The notes beneath the pieces were generated by a model. That model searched no databases. It was not told the DNA's origin and saw only the letters and a program-made list of their open reading frames with translations. A program made the translations under genes and the position numbers. A DNA stretch of 64,000 nt from Amoeboaphelidium protococcarum X5 (taxonomy: Eukaryota > Fungi > Aphelidiomycota), in contig JALDTO010000164.1 of NCBI GenBank assembly GCA_023515725.1, positions 191,642 through 255,641 of the forward strand, in the 5' to 3' direction. Below are positions 28,853 to 40,614 of this stretch, one piece after another (position 1 is the first letter of the stretch; the number at the start of each line of letters is the position of its first letter).

Positions 28853-31800
28853 TCATTCTCTTGATGTTTAAAAGTGCTTTAGTAGATCGGATTCTCCCTC
28901 AGGTGGGGCTTTATCTGACCAGCGATGATAATACAAGGTCAATACTTCTTAAGCCAGACTCAAGTTCTTGGTGGATACACATTATTCTATCATGTTATCC
29001 ACCCAGTCTTGATTTACCATACATTACACAAACTCTTGTCTTAGCTCTTGATTGAAATAGACCAGCCTGAACAACTTTCTTTCATTGATGAATTAAAAAG
29101 CAGCACAGCGAATAATAGGAGAGCTTATTACAATGCCACGTGAAGTGATAAGTGAATTTGCAAATAGACTTTCCAGCTCGCCATTCTCAGAAGTGTTTAA
29201 TGCTTCTCCGACTTGCTGATTGACAATATTCTAATCATAATGGACAAGAAGTTGTAATAAAGCCAGCTTATCAAGCAATTCGTACTACGCTATACTTTCC
29301 ACGACAGTGTTCAAAGGCAAAGAAGAATTGGCAGGTTGCAGCGATATCAAGAGAGATTGCAGCATTGAATATAAGCCATGATCTTAAATTATCTCGATGG
29401 AACACACGCACTTTACCAAAATACCAGGCAGAATATCCGACTACTTCTACAAAGCATCAGCCTTATTGAGGCGTTCCAATAGAGGCACAACGAACCGGAT
29501 TTGCTTCTAATCAATCAGCTTAAGGAGCAGCTTTTTCCATAAAGCCAAATCTTGAAAACAGTTATAATCTACCAAAAGATTACAAATAAACTAGATCACC
29601 TTCCGCTCTTCACTTCTATTCACCCAGAGGGAGCGAGCAAACGCCACTTTATCAAGCTTATACAACTCTCTTGTGCGCACAGATATCTTCAAATCTTCGC
29701 AATCAGCCAGATAGAGCAGAATTTGGAGATAACTGCAGATATCAGTATACTTGTGAATTCTGTTAATCTCTTCTGAAGAGTTGACTTTCAGTAACACTAT
29801 AATCGCGCGGATTCGAATCATTGTTGAAATCTTTGTGGATTAATCATAAGCAGTCTTGAGTAAAAGGTTGATTCTAACCTCCGTACTCAGATGTGATACT
29901 ATACGAATCAGTTGTTCTTGAAGCACATACTCGACATTCTCTTAAACTCCGCATAGATTCTTCTTCAACGCAATAGAAGGAAGCTCATCCTTAAAAGTTG
30001 TTCGCGCAACCTTGGTCTTTATCAAATCAAGATACTGATCCGAGAGCACCTCCTGCAGATTACATTAACTCTTCTTGCATATGAGAATACAAACCTTCTC
30101 CACAACTTTGATATCTACTGACTGGTCAATATGCAGCGCTTATATCAAGTCGTACGCACCCTCAAAAGTAGACAAAAACTGAGTCAGCTTGAACTGTTCT
30201 AGTATGAGATCTAATTCTTTAAGAACTACCTCATTGCGCAGCTTTTGAACTAATGCGCGGCATTCCACTAAACTTTGATGTTTTTCAGCCATGCCAAGAA
30301 CAGCTTTAAGTGCTTATACCTTCTATGCCAATTTCCCTTGACCAGCTACAACCATACTATAACATGCCTCTAAACCTGATGGTATATTCTTCAATTTGTT
30401 CAGCAAGAGCTTAAACTCTGCAACTTCAAAAGTGGAAGAGTTTATCATCGACTTTACTGTACAAATGTAAAACTTATCCTAATCAAGGCTTAGAGGTACA
30501 GACAACGGTAATAGCTGGTACAGTGTACTCATACTTAGTTCCTTCTCCAACACAAGCCATGGATTCATCACAAGAAGATGGTAAGGCAATCTTTCAAAAG
30601 AGCTCGTATCGCATTACTCTGTGGCAAGCAAAACATCTGATTAATAATCCTTCTTATATACTCGCTTGTAAGACTTGAGAATATCCAAGATCAGCTCGCC
30701 CTTCGTTGATATATCATCATTGGGATCAAGCAACTTAACAAGCTCAAATATGATGCCAATCTTCTCGTAATCAAAAAGAGAGCAAGACTACTACGCCAAT
30801 TTGATGATGTCCAGCAGAGGAGCCCTCTGGTCTACAGACAATGCCGCGGCAATCAGTTACGTCTTGTACTAATCCAAATTTGGACACTCTTGTAGCATTA
30901 GCTGCACGTATGAATACAAGGGCTGATCACTTTCAATATTCAAATCATCGCAGTATTAAACAATCAGCTGCAGATCATAATTAGTGCATCTAAGCAAGAC
31001 AGGAATAAGGGACTTGACGTACTCAGGGTCACTGCGGAATCTATCCTCAACAAAATCAATCTGCAAAGAAGTCAATTTCTGCCACCATTTAGCATTGCGA
31101 ATCAGAGTCTCCAATTATACACTAAAGCTCCTCTGCTACCACAACAAAGCCGCGCCCACACCCACCTCGGCAATTGATTATAGACGACCAAATTCTTTGT
31201 TCACATGTGCCAATGCATTCTTTATACAATCAAATCCACTTCTTTGCGGCAATGATAGAAGAAGCTATAGAGCAAGTTACTGATCCACTTTCTCACATGT
31301 AAAGATCTTCAATAGCTGACGCTAAGCAACCTTCTCCAACAATGTAATGCAGTCTTCTGTCAAATATTACTTTGATTATATTTCCAACATTATCGCAGTC
31401 TCAGCCAGCAAAGAAGACCTGTTAAGATCAAAGAAATATACAACGTCAGAACAAGAAATGTCAGGCTCAGCAGCTTTCTTTGAAGAGACTTTCTTTACTT
31501 ATCTAGATGAATACTAAAGACGTTGCAGGATAAAGCCAAGCACAAGATTGCACGCCTCTTTGGTATTGACAATCAACGATTGATCATCATACTGTTCACC
31601 AAACAAGATATTTCTCATTCTATTCATCACATCCACCTAAGATGATGATGATGATGATGGATACCCAATGATGGACGACTAATAACTACCTGAGACACTC
31701 GTTTGATACACAATAGAGAAGAACTCGATACTTTGCAGAAGGGACAACCATCTAGATATATCATGCTCGCCACCATTTTATAAGCTACCATTCAGCACTG

Positions 31801-34800
31801 CTTATAAGGCATCAAGAACGGACAAACTATAATCACCATCCTTACCACTGACAGAAGCTCGGAGTATCAACGCTACTAACTCACTAAACATTTCTACTTT
31901 ACAGTTTTAGAGAGAACCCATCTATGAAATCAGAAGATCCATCGGAAGATTTTCAGTCGTTACAGCAAAGCTTTGCAACTACGCAGCAACACAATCTTCT
32001 ACGCCCAGATCGATAAGATAACACAATCTGCTTTATTCAGCCGACGATATTACATAACTTTTATTCATGAAATTATCCGCAAGCTTTGATTTTCTGACGT
32101 CTGAGCATTTGAAATCCTCCTCAGTCAAAGAGATATCAAACTCATCCTTCAAAGCAATAATCTTACTAGTGATACTACCAAGACTCGACATAGCTTGAAA
32201 AAACTCTTCTCCAGCACACTTGATTTATTACGAGTCACATACGGCAGATGCTAAAATATTCAATTATTTCATATATGAGAGGCTAAAATAATCATTACAT
32301 CGCATAGATTTTAAACGCAGATACTCGATGCTCTCTTCAATCACCAAGACAAAGAATCTAGAAGGAATTTTGGACAAAATAAAGCAGACTTCATCGCCAC
32401 TCAATTTTGATACACAGCATTTCAAAATGTCAACCAGAATCTCTCTCTATAAATCGTCAGCCAGGTGTGAAAAGAGAATCTCCAAATCTTAGTAAATGTC
32501 TTGCACGGACTTTTGAGTACACATTGAACGAAATACTTTTCTAGCCACAGCTTTATCCGTAAAATCGACACCGTGGTAGCCGTGATTCCATAGGATTTAC
32601 TTGCACTTCAGAATACTTATCAGATCCCTGGTTTCCTCATTCTCTCCAACATCAATACCATTTATAAAGTTTTGCATATCCATGCTTAGAGGTATCTTTG
32701 CACACTGTAAATATGACATCTGACATTAAGAGCGAGAGGTATCATCTGATATCAAAGACAATATGCAGTAAACACGTTCCTCATCAGGTTGTGTAGCTGC
32801 TCCAAAGGACTCAAGCATGCATTGGCAATACTTTAATAAAATATCCTCTTTTGACACTTAAAATTAAGCAAGCATACTACAGAAACTTTCATGTTGTACC
32901 GCCTGCTTCAGGGAGTCTACAGTTGTAAATGAGTCCAATACTTTACAGACAAGATCGTTAGAATTCAAAGATAAATATTCTTGGTGAATTTCTAGTCGAA
33001 GCTAAAGCCCTTTCTCCAATGCCATTATTGCATTCATATTGCACTACAACTGATGCAAATTTTAAAGAGACTGAGGCCTCTCGTTTACCAGGAACGGCTA
33101 CATTGACTGCATTTTAACATAGTCGCCAGGAGTAATACATTAATTGTCACCACCAGCCTGAGAGTCTAGAACAGATTACAGTAATTTTAAAGCCTCGTCA
33201 ATAGAGCTATCAGCCAATCTTAAGCACTGATCATACGCCCAGTGACACAGCTCGTCCAGGATGGCAAGATCTTTATAGGCAGCCGGAGTGATATGCATAC
33301 TTAACAACTTGCTATAACGCATTACATTAATCTCACCAGGAGTTGCATTCAAGAACTATTTCAAATCTCCGGCCAGCCACTAAAAGTCTCGTTAATGATG
33401 TCGAATCAGAATAATATCAAGAGAATCGAAATCCTTTTATGACACTCGTTGCAGCAGAATCTCTATCCATGACTAGGACTGGAAATCAGTCCATTGTCTT
33501 ACATCTACTTCAGCACCATGCAGTATGACGAAAGTCTCAAACTTGCGCTTAAAGTCAAGGAAAGCCTCACTTACAGCTTAAGAGAGTGATACACCAAATA
33601 TTTTGCCGTAGATAACATTCAAAATAACTTACAGCTATTTGAGCGATGCAGGAATATAACACTAACAAGCTTTACACATAACCTCAACACAATTCAGAGC
33701 TTCAGCATTTAAAAGTATCCATTCGAGTAGTTTAGGGCCGCTAGATCCATTCGTATCCGCTTGACTAAGAATTTTGTCAAAATCAATGCCCTGTTCTTGA
33801 GAAATTTAGTAAGCAACATCAAATTACTCGGTATTTATAAGATTAAGAACAATCTAGACAGGGTCAGCATTAAATTCTAGCTCTAGAAGCTATAGACTTG
33901 AGGAAGATTATAACCTTCTTATTCTAAAAGCCAAAAGTTGACTGCCCAAAGAGCGGATGAACAAGCTAGACTCCTCTACACTACAAACCCAAATCTTATT
34001 GCTGAGATTCTTTAGCTCATATAAAGCATATTTCCCATCAATCATTTCGATCAATATCAGCTACTTACCATCATGAGCGAAGGATTTGAAGGATTAAACA
34101 CCATTAAATAGCTACTTCACTAATGTGGCGCGACGACGATCGATGATAAATAATACTCCATTTTGAGTAAGCAGCAGCGATTATCGTGCATCAAGTATTT
34201 GCACACTTTTAAGTTGCATATCCGTGAATTATGAGCAGTCAATTTACCTAACTAATTCAAACCGAGAATCTATAATTCGAGCTACAACAAGTTAGCCATC
34301 AGACACCAAAAGCACTTCTCCCTCAGCATACGTGACTGACAATAACTATCCCTTGGTCTGGCAACTTAAATCAATAGCATCTTGTTTATATACATCAACA
34401 GTCAGCTCACTTAGACATTCATGTTCGGGGAGTATAACGCAATGATAATTTTCAAACACCACCAAAATAGATCCCAAATCACTGCAAGCCGTCAGAAATA
34501 AAACATTGCGTTCCAAGTGAATTTCCTTTACAATGTTGCAATCTTCAACACTCAAACTTCTGAGAACATTCTGATGGTCAACTAGAATCATATGCTTTCC
34601 GTCTGCGGAAGGTACGGCACATTTTATTGCAGACTCAAGCTTGAAAAATGGCGATAGACTGCATACATCTTCAGACAGTTGGTAAACGGAACATCCAGCA
34701 ACAACATACAAATCATTGGAGCATTGCACAATACGAACATTTTGAATATTATCAACTCCCTCCATGTCAGTGTTAAAGAGGAGCTTTTGAGAGACGGATA

Positions 34801-34897
34801 GTTGCCTATTTCCTGCAACAGTGTCATCAACTTTCTCAACGTCTAAGCGCCTAACTTTCATGGGTGGCCCAGCATTCTCCACATTTTCCTTCTCCAT
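28853..34897 (-). CDS. KNTC1: Kinetochore protein ROD (RZZ complex), ~2014 aa, apparently intronless
   Basis: Track ORFs at both ends are in one frame. Beta-propeller-like N-terminus and helical middle. Rod_C-like tail IRAIIVL...YLQILLYLADCEDLKI...KVAFARSLWVNRS...LLVDYNCFQDLALWKKLLLKL. Confidence 0.78.
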
Positions 34898-35009
34898 ATT
34901 TCTGAATAAAACCGTTGAATTTATGACTAGATTAGTGACTAAAAATAAGAATGTAATAATGTTGCTACAGGATGAAGGTGAACAGGTATTGAATGTGGAA
35001 AAGTTTGAA

Positions 35010-35040
35010 ACGCGACTAAAGAGAACGCGATCTGAAACAG
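35010..35040 (-). promoter_or_regulatory. CTGTTTCAGAT plus two ACGCGA (MCB/SCB-like) sites upstream of ROD
   Basis: ATCTGAAACAG at 35030-35040 on the plus strand. ACGCGA at 35010-35015 and 35025-35030. Confidence 0.35.
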
Positions 35041-35199
35041 GAGAACAACTTGTTGATGAGTAACGCGCCGCGATCAAAGGAGAGCACTCCTCTATCTATC
35101 TCAAGGGCGGGGTGTAATTGCAGTCACATCGTGAGAAAATATTTCAATCTGATTTCGCACTCTTCTAAATTTTAAGATCTTTACTCAATATCAACAAAA

Positions 35200-35943
35200 A
35201 TGAATTTGAAATTACTCGTATCCGCCATATATTTGGTGATATCTTTCTGTGTCAATAATGTGATCAGCTAGCCAGTGATAACGATGACTGATTTCGCTGG
35301 GAATTTAGATCCAGAATTAGACAATGAAGCATTGCATCAACTGGCGATGGAAATGTCGGACTAGAGCACACAAGATCATGTCGCGTTAAATGAAATTCTA
35401 GGCGTTGATTCCATTGATTAAGATAAAGACAAGGCAAGATCAGATGATGAAGTGTTATAATCCATGGATTAGATCGATTCTGCAGTTTAACAAGGCACGT
35501 AAAGAATTTAGCCGGGAAATCTTGCTGAAAGAGCAATGCGGCGTAGAAACAATCACGCTAATTAAATGCTACAATTTGTGCCAATGCACGCCACAGGCTC
35601 TTAAGTGCTTGTAACTCCTCAATAGTTACAAGATGCATCTAATCGTCATGTGCCAATGAGCACTTACACGCAAAATATCATGAATTAAGAAATTCAATAT
35701 CAGCGGTGTCTGGAAATATATCACTAAGAGTTATGCGAAATACAGTACTTGCATCCGGCTATTAGAAGGCGCGGTAGAGGGGAACCACTATCAGAGATGA
35801 TCCCCACTCTAGCGACTGGACATGTTTTACCGCCATAATAGTCAAGCCATGTGTTATCTAATCCAAAAGTTGGCGATCTCGAACATTATCGAATTTGCAA
35901 TGGAAAATTTTACAAGATTTCCAGTAGAAAAATATGCTTCTGA
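35200..35943 (+). CDS. Hypothetical secreted protein, 247 aa
   Basis: Signal peptide MNLKLLVSAIYLVISFCVNNVIS. Open to TGA 35941-35943 under TAR=Gln. No recognised domain. Confidence 0.68.
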
Positions 35944-36231
35944 ATGAATGGAATACTGCGAGTAGAATATATGAATGAACAAGTACAACTATCATATTTG
36001 ATGCGACATTATTATATTTTTGCTCATTTTTTTCAATGATACAGCATCATGGTAATTGTACTACAATATTGTTACATGTCACGAAGTTACATGGCGGGTC
36101 TCGTGTCACCATGTGAATTGAAAGATCTGGATCTCGAGCAATCGGACATTTAAATTCCCAACATTGATATATCTTTCATTCATCTAAATTATTTCGATCA
36201 TATTTAAAATAGATTATTAGATAATTGCAAG

Positions 36232-36894
36232 ATGAAGGTGTAATTTTGCGTTATTGCTTCTGCGTTGTTACTGGTTAATCTCTACGCGAGACCGCAATTT
36301 GGTGATGATTTCGATGGTTAGTACATGCAATCTGGCGATGAGTCTGATCTGACTGCCCAACTCCTAGACTCTGATAGCTATGGTAGTAACGAGCCTAGTC
36401 TCTTCTCTACAGAATCGTATCAAGAATCTAATGGTGATGGCAGCGGTTTCGGCGGGGACATGGTAAAATTTAATGATGATCAGCTATCAGCTAATGGTAA
36501 TAGCGGTAGACAATCTCGTTAATCACGTGATATGTCTCAAGCTGCTTTGAGAAACAGCAAATTCAATCAGGAGTAAGATGCATTCTACGGGTTCATGCCA
36601 TTAGAAGAAACAGGTGAAAGACACACAAAGCCGCAGTATCCTGATCAAACTGCACTCTACCCGTAAAGAGTAAAGGCTCACAAGTAGAGACACAAGAAAA
36701 GCAGAAGTGGCTAGAGGTCTGGTGGTTTATCGTCTGCGCGTCAACGTAATCACCCTCACAGTGACATGAAACGCCCATCTCAGCAATCGCTTCAAGAGCA
36801 GTTTCAGCGTCGTCGCAGAAGCCAGAGACAGAGAAATCATGTTGTGGACTACAAATCATTGAATGGTGGTGATTCTGAGACTGAGTAATAATGA
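36232..36894 (+). CDS. Hypothetical secreted low-complexity protein, 220 aa
   Basis: Signal peptide MKVQFCVIASALLLVNLYA-RP. Acidic D/S/G-rich N-half and basic R/K/Q-rich C-half. Ends TAA TAA TGA. Confidence 0.7.
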
Positions 36895-37480
36895 TGATTT
36901 TGAGGGTTAAATTAATTGCAGTTTATTTTTTACATTATGGCGCTTTCACATTAGTTTTGCACAATATGAGATATTCTGAATCTGAAAGACCAACTTCATC
37001 GCCAGTCCCGTACAACAATATTTCACACCCCAGTAGTTCAAGATCAGCGTAAACACACTCAAAAATCGGACCAATGACAATGAGACGCGTAACGGAAGGA
37101 AACGCATTGAGATACTGTTCAATCACCGAAAAATGACGAGGATAACAAAATAGGAGCACTTGACAACCCGGAGGCAGACTGTGAGGCGTTTGAATTCCAA
37201 CCGGAAGTAATTAGATTTAACTCTCGTCCATGTATCTATTGGAGGGAGCTTTTTCAATTCCATGTATATTCAAGTTTACAGAATGTTTCCCACTAGTTTT
37301 ACTCTGGTCAAAGTGCTTTTAAAAACGATACTCGAAATATCCACTGCCAAAACCAACACTAGTCATTGTAATATTGCGACCATCCATGCGCAGTATAAAG
37401 TCTTGTAAAATATTGAACAACTTTTCATCAAAATACCGAACGCAGCACCAAGGCTTCACTTCTGATTATATTGAGCTCAT
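36593..37480 (-). CDS. Putative SAM-dependent methyltransferase-fold protein (3' end uncertain)
   Basis: Motif-I-like TSVGFGSGYFE, IHGIE, LLFCYPR, LIVIGP. Domain-like sequence ends near TAA 36935, but the first in-frame TGA is at 36593, inside the opposite-strand gene. Confidence 0.55.
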
Positions 37481-37627
37481 TTCCCCTCAGTAATTAAGCT
37501 ATGATAGATCGTGGGCAGCTTAAAATGATCTAAGATTGCGCGATGAGACGCGATAGCTCGTTCGCCTCTTGGTTTAAAACTCTCTTCTACCAGTGTGTGA
37601 GTAAATTAACCTAAAACTAAGCCTGTA

Positions 37628-39020
37628 ATGTCTATCGTGGTTGACACCACAAAGAATTGTAAAGCAGTTAGTCGCTCTAGAGTACGCCGCTATTTTTTAT
37701 TGTGTGTTTAATTATCCACTATGTATTAAACGTGTGTAGATTCGACTTTGTAATATATCTTCGCTGGAGTTTCGCAATCTTCCGTAGACAACTTTGTATC
37801 TTGACTGCATCTGGTGTTGCGTTTATCGCGTTCACGACGGACAAAAGTTATGGCAGAGTTAAGAATTATCTCCATTTATTAATGGATTCATTCGGTGTGC
37901 ATTTAAGGCCTTCATAAATTAGAGCCGCGATCACTGCAATACTCCTGCGAACGAGACTGGCGTAATCATCAGATTGTGTGGTAGAAAAGATTAGGTTGAT
38001 TACGTTCTGATGCAATGGAATATAGAGTTTGCTGCTCTCTATCAATTATCGTCGTTAAAATTTTAAAACTTTGCTGAGAACACCCTTATATTTGTGGACT
38101 TGAACGGATATTGCTATTGTAATGGCGAATCCGTAGATGCAGATGTGCCAAAGCTTTCATTTTGTTCCGTCTCTGGTGGATATAAAGCACCTAGCATCAT
38201 TAATCGGCTGTAGATTCAAGAAATTGTTAGGTACCGATAAGCTATTAACGATATCATATAATAGTCTTAGAAGATTTAAAGCTCATTGAATGGAAGTTGC
38301 AAAGAGTTCAATGATGGAGATACTAAGAATGCGTAGCGATTGCGGCTTTAACATCTATCTAGATTGATTGCGACACAAAAGGCTTCTAATCAAAAGTTGC
38401 AAGACTTGTTGGGCAATCGGATGAAGATATTGACATAGACGTAGTAAAGAATATCCGTTGCTAAGGCTTAATTAAGCAGCAACGTTACGACTCTTGGTAG
38501 AATCAGAAATGAGACTACGAAAGCTCAAAGCTTAATCTTATCCAAGTTTCAGTAAATTGACTTTTACTCTGCAATATACATCCAAAAGTTATCAAATACA
38601 TTCTAGTTTGACGCGTTAAATCAGACTATACTTAATCTCGAACTATGCTGTGATGGTGCTGATGGCATGGAATCTAAATCTAGTGGAAATTAAAGCAAGA
38701 AGACTTAAGCGCTTTATCACTCTACTGCTAATGGATATCTCTGCTGCCTAGCGGTATTGATAGCTAAATATTTACAGATACCTTTGAGATTTCCGCTATT
38801 TATGGACGTATCTCAGGTGAAGCTATTTGATTTTATGTAAATCGTAGACGCTCAAAGCGATGAATCTGAAGCCATGTTCATGCTTAGTAAGAACTTGGAT
38901 TAGATTCTAGAGAGTGTTCATATCAGAGTGATGGAAGAGTCATCCTCTCCTGCGCGTAAGCTTGGTATACTTTTGGAATTTTTATAAAATACTAGGACAC
39001 AAGTAATTCGTGAAGCTTGA
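37628..39020 (+). CDS. UVRAG: UVRAG/Vps38 (PI3K complex II subunit)
   Basis: C2-like N-terminus (LMQWNIEFAAL...NTLIF) and a coiled coil. BARA-like STANGYLCCLAVLIAKYLQIPLRFPL and AMFMLSKNLDQI. One intron near the 5' end. Confidence 0.68.
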
Positions 39021-40001
39021 AAACGTCATATATGCTTACTTTTGTTACTCTTATATTTATTATTAAGATTACTACATTCCTAGAACATTTAAGCCAGCAG
39101 ATATGAAGTCTTTCAGAGCGTCTTTCAAGTTGATCATGCGGCCACCTTTAAACTTGAATACCAGCGCAACAATCATCGCAATAGTCAATAACACTACTGG
39201 GAGTTCATTTTATTTTTATAGAGACATCAATAAGCTAGTCATAAACTTGAAAGTCTTTCCACTGATACTAGCCTTTCTCTAATTCTCAACAACATTGGTA
39301 CTAGGAGTAGTAGTTGGTTTCTGTGGTTCATCTAGCTCTTACGGACTTTAGTCATTGATTAAGGTATCCACCTTCTACTATGCCTCCACGTTAGAAGAAC
39401 TATTTAGGTTCTCATTGTCTCCGAGCGACACATCTTATGTAAGATTGCCTTCATCAATAAAGACATCTTTTTAGGTATCTAGAAATTATGCCTTGCGCTG
39501 AGGAGTATGAACTTCCTGGAGACGCTCCTTCAGTAACTGTATGCGATCATCGCCAACAACACCAACGTCTAAATTCTAAATAAGTTCCATAGAGTATTCG
39601 AAATCTTCTTGAGGCGACAGCAAACTGCACGTGTATAATTCAACAATACAGGCAATCTACTCGGCATCAGATTCGGCATAGTTTAACAGACACCATTCAC
39701 AGTACTCCTTCGCTTCATCAACAAGCCGACACTGAGCCAACATACTAGCCACCGCGAAAAGTACCATAGAGCCAGCCAATGCATTTTACTATAGCTTAAT
39801 TGCCACATTTGAATCCAGAAGTTTAGCATTCAAATCACATAGCTAGATGATCTGACTTGCATTTAAGTCAATGCCTTAACCAGCGGTCACCTTTTGAAGT
39901 AAACTCTTACTCTTGGTCTTGTCTCCTTTATAATAGCTCTTTATAGCAGAATCGATTAATCGCTAAGTGTTAGACATTGATCCTAAATCGTTCCGAAGCA
40001 T
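38940..40001 (-). CDS. Tail-anchored protein, Pex26/APEM9-like peroxin (3' end uncertain)
   Basis: Helical N-domain with IVELYTCSLL...FEYSMELI, a polar linker and a single C-terminal TM (LPVVLTIAMIVALVF) followed by basic residues. First in-frame TGA at 38940-38942. Confidence 0.5.
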
Positions 40002-40614
40002 TTGGGTAGATATAAGGGCAATGAATCTCTCTCACAATTGCCAGTACTGCCTTGAAGAAGAAAGAACGAACGCGCACATCAATGATCGAGATGAGTTATC
40101 ATAGAAAGAGCGCGCTTTAAAATTAAATTATCGTTTTGATGAATTCAATTGAATGTACGTGGTGGTATATTTCGCATCAAGTTCCCAAAAAAACTAACTA
40201 ACCGATCGATTCATTTGACGTTCTGCTTATATCGCTATGGAGACTTCCTTTGCTCTTCCTCTCACATGAACTATACGTGCTATGATTAACTGACTCTTTT
40301 GAGCTCTTCAATGTTATTATTTCCCCACTCTCAGTATATAACTCGTATAAAATTGACCAAACTTACTTTTTGCGGGATGAAATTTAACTTTTAATCATGG
40401 CGCATAAAACAAAGTGTCGAGACTTGAAGAAACACTGTGATGTCTTAGTTACAGAAAACACAGGCTATTTATAGACACTTGTCCACTCACTTACTCTTTG
40501 ATTCAAGGGACTGCGGTTTCATCTCCTAGTAACATCACATCTCTGTTTAAACAATTGCTGTAACTCCTCTATCTTCTAAAGCAATAATATTAAGTATAAT
40601 CAGAAGAAAGATAA

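Noticed and set aside
34898-35077. 60-residue N-terminal extension of ROD in the ORF track
   Set aside because: It begins at a non-ATG codon and crosses promoter-like sequence. ATG 34897 is preferred.
37240-37260. Apparent frameshift in the methyltransferase-like ORF at an A-run
   Set aside because: A recount gives five bases and the frame is continuous.
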